Assembly: GCA_039714075.1 (NCBI GenBank)
Contig: JBDLKA010000040.1
Coordinates: forward strand, 1-28,493
DNA from: Candidatus Krumholzibacteriota bacterium
GTDB taxonomy: Bacteria > Krumholzibacteriota > Krumholzibacteriia > LZORAL124-64-63
Reading direction: 5' to 3'
DNA length: 28,493 nucleotides
Part shown: positions 1 through 6,399 of the stretch, piece by piece
How positions within the stretch are numbered: position 1 is the stretch's first letter
Layout: each line of letters begins with the position of its first letter
Position numbers and translations under genes: made by a program
Notes under the pieces: generated by a model
What the model saw: only the letters and a program-made list of their open reading frames with translations
The model's database searches: none
What the model was told of the DNA's origin: nothing

Positions 1-1697
1 ATGGCCTGGCCGGTAAGCTGACTCGGCAGGTGGAGGTCGGTCACCTGGCCGACAAATTCCAGTTCCACCTCATCGGGTTCCAATTCTCCGGAGGCCTTTA
101 CCCGGATACCGGGCATGTCGATATCGAGGGTATCCAAACGGGCGGTCAGATACCGGAGACCGTGTTCCCTCAAGGCATCAAGATCCGTTTCGGCTGAACC
201 GGCGATCACGCCCTTGTCCATCCAGGGGCTCGAGCCAAGGTCCAGATGCAGGGCGCCCCGGGCCACAGGGGCCTCGTAGGCGCCGGTGACGGCCAGGTTT
301 CCCGACACGGACTCGAATTCCCCGTGCGGAAAATCCTCCGGCAGCCACGAGTGGAAATACGAAGACCCGGGCAACAGGAAACCGCAATCGAGACGGCCGG
401 TGTACCTGGGCCCGGCTCTGTCGAGTGCGGCCACCGCATCCAGACGGACCGGCCCCGTGTCCCGCCAGACGTCCCGCGACTGGGGATTCATCAGGGAGGC
501 CACCAGCCCGGGCAGGGTGCTGTCCGCCAGGGTGACCGCCAGATCCAGGCCGGCCTCTTCGGATCCCCAATCCCCGGAAGCCGCCACGGTCAGGCCGTGC
601 AGAGCGAGGTCCAGGGTATCCAGGTGTGCGGTGAGCACCTGGATTCCGTGGACCCTCATAGAGTCGATGTCCGCCTCGACGCCACCGGCGACCAGGCCGT
701 TTTCCACCCAGGTGTCCGAACCCAGATCCAGACGCAGGGTGCCTTTGGCCAAGGGATCGGTATAGCTACCGGCGACATCCAGGTGTCCCGTCACCGGCCC
801 GAACTCCTCGCAGGGAAAATCCTGTGGCAGCCAGGGACGGAAGGAAGCGGAGCCGGGCAGACCGAAGTCGCCGGCCAATTGTCCCGAAAATTCGCCGTCG
901 CTCCAATCGCCGCCGGCGGGAATTTCGAGTGACAATCCGAGACCCAGTTCCGCGACCGACACCTCCAGCACGGGCGCACCGGCGGTATCGCCGAGGGCGG
1001 CCAGGAACCGGGCGCCGACATGTTCGACATCAAGGGTGGCGGGAGCGGCATTGCCGGCGTCGGCCCGGCCGACCAGTTCCAGATCGCGGACGGCCATGCC
1101 GGGTGCCAGCCGGGCCCGGGCCACTGCCAGGTCGACTTTGGCCACGACGACCGACGGCATACCGGGCAGGCTGCCGGGTTGGAGGAAGGGCACCTCTCCG
1201 GGAGGTTCTTCGGTCAGCGTGGAGTCGGGACGAATCGTTGCCGCGGTGTCCTCGAAGGCCGCGGCCATGGCGGGAACATCAAGATTGCGGATTTCCAGAA
1301 GCAGGGAATCGACCCGCCCGTTCTTTTTTCTCAGGGCGTCCATATCCAGGGCAAGATCCAGCCTGGCCACATCGGCCAGGGTGTCGCCGGGCGCGGCTGC
1401 GGAACCCGTGACCCAGAGCACATCATCAAGGACGAGACGACCCAACGAAGGCCAGTTGGATTCCCCCACGGTGAGTCGGCCGGGCATGGCTTCATCGGCA
1501 AACCGGATACCCCAGCCCAACAGGGCGCCGCGGGTCTGGGGAATCAGGAGGACCAGGGCCAAAACGAGAATCAGACCAGTCAACAGGAGCAGGACCCAGG
1601 TCAGCATCCGGCGCACCAAGCGGAGATACCTCTTCCACGAGGGCGGTTTCCCCTCATGCCCGTCGGGCCGGTTTGGTTTCCTGATCACGCCTACCAT
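1..1697 (-). CDS. tamB: TamB/AsmA-like translocation and assembly module protein (3' end runs off the window)
   Basis: Not in the ORF track because it has no stop in the window. Hand translation is open from ATG 1697 (overlapping the tamA stop; GTG 1688 is an alternative) to the edge. Basic N-terminus, one TM anchor (MLTWVLLLLTGLILVLALVLLIP), then amphipathic beta-rich sequence. Directly downstream of a TamA-like gene. Confidence 0.8.
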   Translation of the reverse strand, partial: MVGVIRKPNRPDGHEGKPPSWKRYLRLVRRMLTWVLLLLTGLILVLALVLLIPQTRGALLGWGIRFADEAMPGRLTVGESNWPSLGRLVLDDVLWVTGSAAAPGDTLADVARLDLALDMDALRKKNGRVDSLLLEIRNLDVPAMAAAFEDTAATIRPDSTLTEEPPGEVPFLQPGSLPGMPSVVVAKVDLAVARARLAPGMAVRDLELVGRADAGNAAPATLDVEHVGARFLAALGDTAGAPVLEVSVAELGLGLSLEIPAGGDWSDGEFSGQLAGDFGLPGSASFRPWLPQDFPCEEFGPVTGHLDVAGSYTDPLAKGTLRLDLGSDTWVENGLVAGGVEADIDSMRVHGIQVLTAHLDTLDLALHGLTVAASGDWGSEEAGLDLAVTLADSTLPGLVASLMNPQSRDVWRDTGPVRLDAVAALDRAGPRYTGRLDCGFLLPGSSYFHSWLPEDFPHGEFESVSGNLAVTGAYEAPVARGALHLDLGSSPWMDKGVIAGSAETDLDALREHGLRYLTARLDTLDIDMPGIRVKASGELEPDEVELEFVGQVTDLHLPSQLTGQA

Positions 1698-3511
1698 GGG
1701 TATCCGATTCCGAAATGGAAGATATCGCGGGGCTGCCCCTCGATCCGGTTGGACACGTTCCAGCCGTAGCCGGCGCGCACCGGACCCAAAGGTGTCCGCA
1801 GATCAAGGTCCACGCCGATGGCCAGGGGGATCCCCGCCAGGGTGGCTTCCCGCGGTTTGTCCCACACCTGGCCGGCATCCGCGAAAACAGCCGTCTCGAG
1901 AATCCAGATCAGGGGGAACCGCACTTCCAGTCCCGCCAGGGCCACGAATTCCCCCCCGAGGGCGTTGCCGCCGGCATCGAGCGGTCCGAGTTTCCGCCGC
2001 CCGTAACCGCGGTGGGTGTTGTATCCGCCGGCATAGAATCGCCGGGTGGCCAATACCTCGACCGCCTCACCCAGCGGTGTCTCCCAACCCACCCGGACCC
2101 GGCCGGCGATGACGACGGGTTCCACAGGCGTACGGTAGACCGACGCATCCCCTTGAATGGCGACATAGGGAATTTCGGAAAAGAAACCCGGCGGGGCCAC
2201 CGTGAAGGAGGTCTTCAGATACCCCCCCGTTTCGGGAAACAGCGGGTCGTTCGTACGGTCCCATTTCACGTCGGTCCATATTTCCATCAGCCGGCCCTGG
2301 CTCTCCGGTACGTCCGACGCCTCGGGAATCACCCGGTTCACGTCGGTAAAGGAAAACGTGAGCCCGAGATTCCAGATGTTCCGGTTGCGCGGCCGGAAGG
2401 ACTGGATGAGTTCGACCCTGGATTCGTGGGAGAGGTAGGCGTCTTCGTCCTCGACCAGGAAACCCAGCCCGGCCCGCGTCCGCGCCCGGGGGGAAAGAAT
2501 CCCCAGCCAGTTGACGCCGGCTCCCGCGCCCAGCCGATGGGTGCCGACCACCCCGGCGACGTCGAAACCGACACCGTGTCCGAACAGGTTCCGGTGCCGC
2601 CACCCTCCCCTGACCAGCCAGGGGTTGTCCGAGAAGGTGCCCACGCCCGCTTCCAGCATTTTCATGCGGCCGTTTTCCAGATTGGCGACCAGTTTCAGCT
2701 CACCCGGACCGACGGGTTCGACTTCCAGGACCACCATGCTGAACAACTGGGTGCTGCGCAGATCGAGCGAGGCGTTGGAAATCAACTGGAGGGAATAGTC
2801 CACACCCGCCTCGATGTTCATGACCCTGCGGGCCACTTTCATCAGGTCGTCACTGCACCCGCGGATTTCAACCCGGGTAATCCGGTAGAATTCGCCGGGC
2901 GTCACCTCGAACAACACGGCCACCAGGCCCGGGCCCATGGGTTCGAGAGTGTAGGTCACCTCCACGGTGGCAAATCCCGAGTCGAGCAGGTGCTGTTTCA
3001 GATGGGAATGGGCCTCCACCACTTTCACATCGCTGAAGATTTCTCCCACCGTCAGGGTTTTATTGTCGGTGGTATCCGGAAAGTCGATCGCTTCAGGCCA
3101 ACCGTCATACTCGATCCTGCCGATCCGCACCGGATTCCCGGGCACAACCCGCAGGACAAGATCCAATTGCCTGGCCTCGGTCTCGGGAACGGCCACTGGT
3201 TCCACGGTGGCGGCGGGGTAACCGTTCTGGGCCAGGAACAACCGGATCCGGGCCAGATCCTCCGCCAGCGTCTTCACCGAAAAATCCGGACGCTGCATGC
3301 CGCCGAGAAGTTTCCATTTCCCGCTCTGGGCCAGGCCGCGTTGCAGGCCCCTCTCAAGCTCCCGGGGCATTCCCTCCACGGCAAAGGACTTAATCTTCCA
3401 GCCGTTGTAGGACTCCCATTCCCCGTTGCCCTGGGCCTGCGAAAAGCCCGCCGACATGCCGGTCAGCAGAATGGCGGCCACCATGACAAGATGGAGAGAT
3501 CGAAGGGTCAA
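1691..3511 (-). CDS. tamA: TamA/BamA (Omp85) family outer-membrane assembly protein
   Basis: Signal peptide, POTRA-like segments (LAQNGYPAATV, LLDSGFATVEV), Omp85 motif RFYAGGYNTHRGY, LRTPLGPVR, aromatic C-terminus FHFGIGYPW. Start moved from 3625 to TTG 3511 (GAGGA upstream); ATG 3484 is an alternative. Confidence 0.88.
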   Translation of the reverse strand: MTLRSLHLVMVAAILLTGMSAGFSQAQGNGEWESYNGWKIKSFAVEGMPRELERGLQRGLAQSGKWKLLGGMQRPDFSVKTLAEDLARIRLFLAQNGYPAATVEPVAVPETEARQLDLVLRVVPGNPVRIGRIEYDGWPEAIDFPDTTDNKTLTVGEIFSDVKVVEAHSHLKQHLLDSGFATVEVTYTLEPMGPGLVAVLFEVTPGEFYRITRVEIRGCSDDLMKVARRVMNIEAGVDYSLQLISNASLDLRSTQLFSMVVLEVEPVGPGELKLVANLENGRMKMLEAGVGTFSDNPWLVRGGWRHRNLFGHGVGFDVAGVVGTHRLGAGAGVNWLGILSPRARTRAGLGFLVEDEDAYLSHESRVELIQSFRPRNRNIWNLGLTFSFTDVNRVIPEASDVPESQGRLMEIWTDVKWDRTNDPLFPETGGYLKTSFTVAPPGFFSEIPYVAIQGDASVYRTPVEPVVIAGRVRVGWETPLGEAVEVLATRRFYAGGYNTHRGYGRRKLGPLDAGGNALGGEFVALAGLEVRFPLIWILETAVFADAGQVWDKPREATLAGIPLAIGVDLDLRTPLGPVRAGYGWNVSNRIEGQPRDIFHFGIGYPW

Positions 3512-3560
3512 TTCGGCAAATCCTCGGTGAGGGGTCGGGACAACGGCTCCAATCGCCTTC

Positions 3561-3589
3561 AGGATAATGCCCGGTCGGCGGCCTGTCCA
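3561..3589 (-). promoter_or_regulatory. Putative sigma70 promoter of tamA-tamB
   Basis: TGGACA-N17-TATCCT on the minus strand; supports a start downstream of 3560. Confidence 0.5.
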
Positions 3590-3618
3590 TGTCTCGGGTC
3601 TGCAGCGGCCATTCCGGG

Positions 3619-3647
3619 TCGCCACAAGCCGTGGCTCAGGTTATCAT
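3619..3647 (+). promoter_or_regulatory. Putative sigma70 promoter of the cysteine desulfurase gene
   Basis: TCGCCA-N17-TATCAT, back-to-back with the tamA promoter. Confidence 0.45.
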
Positions 3648-3689
3648 GGGGCCTGCCTTCCCGAACCCGACCAAATCCGAAAGGGCGCC

Positions 3690-4856
3690 ATGGGCACCAT
3701 CAACCAGGCCGATCCGATCTATCTGGACTACAACGCCACCACTCCGGTGGATCGTCGCGTGGCCGACGCCATGACACCCTACCTGCGGGAGCATTTCGGG
3801 AATCCCTCGAGCAGCCATGTCCTGGGTCAGCGCACCCGGGCCGCCGTGGAAAACGCGCGTCGCCAGGCGGCTTCCTTTTTGGGAGCCGAACCGGACGGCA
3901 TCATTTTCACCAGCGGTGGCACCGAAGCCAACAACCACGCCATCATCGGTGCGGCGACGGCGCGCCGTGACCGGGGCCGTCATATCGTGACCACGGCGGT
4001 GGAGCACCCGGCCGTCAGCGAAGTCTGCCGGCATCTCGAATCACGCGGCTTCTCCACCACTTATGTCCCGGTCGATGAAAATTGCCGTGTGGACCCCGAC
4101 CAGGTTGCCGCTGCCTGCAACGAGCAGACGGTTCTCGTATCGGTGATGCACGCCAACAACGAGGTCGGCACCCTGCAACCGGTGGCCGAGATTGCCGCGC
4201 AGGCCAGGCAGCGGGGTATACTCAGCCATTCGGATTGCGCCCAATCCGCGGGAAAAATTCCCGTGACCCTGGATGGCCTGGGCGTGGACATGATCTCGGT
4301 GGCCGGACACAAATTATACGGTCCCAAGGGGGTGGGCCTGCTTTGCCTGCGGCCCGGGCTGGAAATACCCAACCTCATGTTCGGTGCGGGACACGAAGGC
4401 GGACGTCGGCCCGGGACGGAAAACATCATGGAGATCGTGGGCCTGGGTGTCGCTTGTGAACTGGCGGCCGCCGACCTGGATCATGAAGGGCCCCGCCTGA
4501 CCGCTTTGCGCGACCGTCTTCAGACCGATTTGCTCACGGCCTTCCCTGAAGGCAGGGTCAACGGTCACCGGGAATTGCGCCTGCCCAACACACTGAGTTT
4601 CAGCGTGCCGGACGTCACCGCCTCGGCCATCATCGGGAATCTGCCGCAGGTGGCGGTATCCGCGGGCGCCGCCTGCCACGGGGACGGCGGGGTGACCATC
4701 TCCCATGTGCTGGCCGCCATGAACGTGAAGGAAAAATACGCTCTGGGAACGATCCGTCTCTCGGTGGGTCGGATGACGACGGAGCAGGATATCGACGCTG
4801 GTGCCGCCGCAGTCATCCTGGCCGTCAAGGCCGCCCGGAAGGAAACGGCCTGTTAA
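3690..4856 (+). CDS. Cysteine desulfurase (IscS/NifS-like, class V PLP enzyme)
   Basis: IYLDYNATTP, FGNPSS, FTSGGTEANN, MHANNEVG, AGHKLYGPKG (PLP Lys) and the SAGAACH catalytic Cys loop. Start ATG 3690 after AAAGGG. Confidence 0.95.
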   Translation: MGTINQADPIYLDYNATTPVDRRVADAMTPYLREHFGNPSSSHVLGQRTRAAVENARRQAASFLGAEPDGIIFTSGGTEANNHAIIGAATARRDRGRHIVTTAVEHPAVSEVCRHLESRGFSTTYVPVDENCRVDPDQVAAACNEQTVLVSVMHANNEVGTLQPVAEIAAQARQRGILSHSDCAQSAGKIPVTLDGLGVDMISVAGHKLYGPKGVGLLCLRPGLEIPNLMFGAGHEGGRRPGTENIMEIVGLGVACELAAADLDHEGPRLTALRDRLQTDLLTAFPEGRVNGHRELRLPNTLSFSVPDVTASAIIGNLPQVAVSAGAACHGDGGVTISHVLAAMNVKEKYALGTIRLSVGRMTTEQDIDAGAAAVILAVKAARKETAC

Positions 4857-4859
4857 AGG

Positions 4860-5321
4860 TCAGGATTTATTATCCGGCATGGAGGGCTTCAGGGTCTCCA
4901 ACTGGGCCCGCAGGGTCGGGCAGGGATTTTCCTCGGACAGGATCTCGGCCAGGGAGGTTCCTTCAAAGGCCCTTTGCACCATGGCCATGGCCTGATCAAG
5001 TCGGTTGTGCAAGGGGCAAAGATCAGAGCTGTGCCCTTCCAGGTCCAAGGGGCAGGCTTCAATCCTCTTGTAGGGACTGACCGCGTTCAGGACTTCCAGC
5101 ATATTCAGGTCCCCCGGCTCCTTCGCCAGGACGAAACCGCCTCTCAATCCCCGCGTCGAATGAACCAGACCGGCCCTGACCAGGGATTGAAGCACCTTGG
5201 ACAAATAGCTTTGGGGAACCTTCATGGTTTCGGCGATCTGGCGGGTGGTCATGGGGCTACCGTCCCCGGCACCCAGAGCCACCATGGCACGCATCGCATA
5301 TTCAATGGTAAGGGAAAACAA
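4860..5321 (-). CDS. Rrf2 family transcriptional regulator
   Basis: EYAMRAM, YLSKVLQSLVRAGLVHSTRGLRGGF winged HTH, CPL...H...LCPLH. TTG start with GAAGGTGG upstream. Confidence 0.95.
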   Translation of the reverse strand: MFSLTIEYAMRAMVALGAGDGSPMTTRQIAETMKVPQSYLSKVLQSLVRAGLVHSTRGLRGGFVLAKEPGDLNMLEVLNAVSPYKRIEACPLDLEGHSSDLCPLHNRLDQAMAMVQRAFEGTSLAEILSEENPCPTLRAQLETLKPSMPDNKS

Positions 5322-5369
5322 TGAGGATCCACCTTCGGTCTAAATTTGGTCGGCACAGGCAAATTCCCT

Positions 5370-5391
5370 AATCAGACATTGATATCCAATT
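5370..5391. promoter_or_regulatory. Putative Rrf2 operator (imperfect palindrome)
   Basis: AATCAGACATTGATATCCAATT is 14/22 self-complementary and overlaps the -10 and start region of the Rrf2 promoter. Confidence 0.55.
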
Positions 5392-5416
5392 TACAAGGAC
5401 AAATGGAGCCTGTCAA
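5388..5416 (-). promoter_or_regulatory. Sigma70 promoter of the Rrf2 gene
   Basis: TTGACA-N17-TAAATT; the -35 overlaps the stop codon of the upstream beta-barrel gene. Confidence 0.7.
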
Positions 5417-6123
5417 CGACCGAAGGAGAACCCCACCCTGACGATGAAATAGTCCCAGTTGTAGGTCATCTTGCCGGCAAGGGGCGGAAGGTTGACGGAA
5501 TCGAAACGATTGTAGGTGTACTCGCCGACCAGTTCGATATTGTTCATCTTGAAACCAAGGCCGCCGCTGTAGGCGGGAGTGTTGACGCTGGTTTTGAAAA
5601 ACCCGATGGTCTGCATTTCGTCCCGGTAGATATTGTGGGCCAGGGCGATGCCACCGGTCAGGAAAGGCCGGAAGGAAGATCGCGGACTGCCCGTGAACAC
5701 ATGGAAATCCAAACCGTATTTGTAGGTGGACGCCCGGACCGTATAGGCCAGGTTCTGGCTGCCCTCGTAGTCGGTGACGCCCGAGGCCGAGCCCATCCTG
5801 ATGTAGTGGAAAGCGGGTGATACGGCGAAATAATCGCTCAGATAACCACGGATGCGGAAACCGACTTCATATCCGGTGCCCTGTCCCAAGCCCCGCACAT
5901 TGGCCATGGGGTCTTCACTGACCAGATGAAGTTCATCCTTCTGGTCACCCATGGGTTCTGCAAGGCCCCCTTCCACGAGAAACTCATGACTGGACTGACC
6001 GCGCTGGTACTGTGACCCGCCATGGCCAAGAACAATTCTAGCCTCGGCCTCGGACACCTGGGACATGACTCCCAAGAGTATCAGCAGCACGAAGTATGCG
6101 GTTCCGTTCGTCAGGCGTTTCAT
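5413..6123 (-). CDS. Outer-membrane beta-barrel protein (OmpA/Opacity-like small barrel)
   Basis: ATG 6123 with GGAGGAGG RBS. Signal peptide ending AEA, alternating beta-strands (RPFLTGGIALA, YSGGLGFK), C-terminal beta-signal IVRVGFSF. Confidence 0.85.
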   Translation of the reverse strand: MKRLTNGTAYFVLLILLGVMSQVSEAEARIVLGHGGSQYQRGQSSHEFLVEGGLAEPMGDQKDELHLVSEDPMANVRGLGQGTGYEVGFRIRGYLSDYFAVSPAFHYIRMGSASGVTDYEGSQNLAYTVRASTYKYGLDFHVFTGSPRSSFRPFLTGGIALAHNIYRDEMQTIGFFKTSVNTPAYSGGLGFKMNNIELVGEYTYNRFDSVNLPPLAGKMTYNWDYFIVRVGFSFGR

Positions 6124-6195
6124 GAGCTTCCTCCTCCGGTGAATTAGGCCGGATCGAAAGGGGGCCTGCATGGACTCTCAATCCATCAGTGAATA

Positions 6196-6211
6196 TGCAG
6201 GGAGGATGCCC
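6196..6211 (-). promoter_or_regulatory. Putative sigma54 -24/-12 promoter
   Basis: Minus strand GGGCATCCTCCCTGCA has exact GG-N10-GC spacing and resembles TGGCAC-N5-TTGCA; about 70 nt upstream of the beta-barrel start. Confidence 0.55.
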
Positions 6212-6246
6212 GTTGGCGGGACCAATACAATAAAGTTTTAAGCCAT

Positions 6247-6270
6247 TTATTTGCAGATGGTTGCAAATAA
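6247..6270. promoter_or_regulatory. Inverted repeat TTATTTGCA-N6-TGCAAATAA in an AT-rich tract with an IHF-like site
   Basis: Perfect 9-bp arms. Minus-strand AATAAATGGCTTA (6239-6251) has one mismatch to the IHF consensus WATCAANNNNTTR. Confidence 0.5.
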
Positions 6271-6318
6271 TAATCAACGTAATTTACGAACCTGAAGGGC
6301 CTGTGGCGGCCCACCGCT

Positions 6319-6356
6319 GTGCCCCCAGTAGGACACTCGCGGACCAAAAAGGACAG
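6319..6356. promoter_or_regulatory. Putative bEBP upstream activating sequences
   Basis: GTGCCC-N6-GGACAC palindrome at 6319-6336, with a second GGACA half-site exactly 20 bp further (6351); about 110-145 bp upstream of the -24 element. Confidence 0.45.
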
Positions 6357-6382
6357 CTGCCCGGAGTTCATCTCCGGGCAGC
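6346..6382 (-). terminator. Intrinsic terminator after the TPR-bEBP gene
   Basis: 11-bp stem GCTGCCCGGAG/CTCCGGGCAG C with 5-nt loop, followed on the minus strand by TGTCCTTTTT. Confidence 0.7.
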
Positions 6383-6399
6383 CGCACAAGGTTGACCGC

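Noticed and set aside
246..2112. Plus-strand ORFs over the first 2 kb
   Set aside because: Explained by the minus-strand tamB frame, which the ORF track missed because it has no stop in the window.
1715..3970. 751-aa plus-strand ORF (likewise 6319-8646+, 10966-13182-, 15711-17294+, 17239-18618+, 22676-23842+, 24939-26063+)
   Set aside because: Antisense shadows of GC-rich genes that have clear family motifs on the other strand; no motifs of their own.
3690..5321. Selenocysteine recoding near the desulfurase/Rrf2 genes
   Set aside because: The TGA stop of Rrf2 falls at the expected family length, read-through would run into the convergent gene, and no selD or SECIS-like context was seen.
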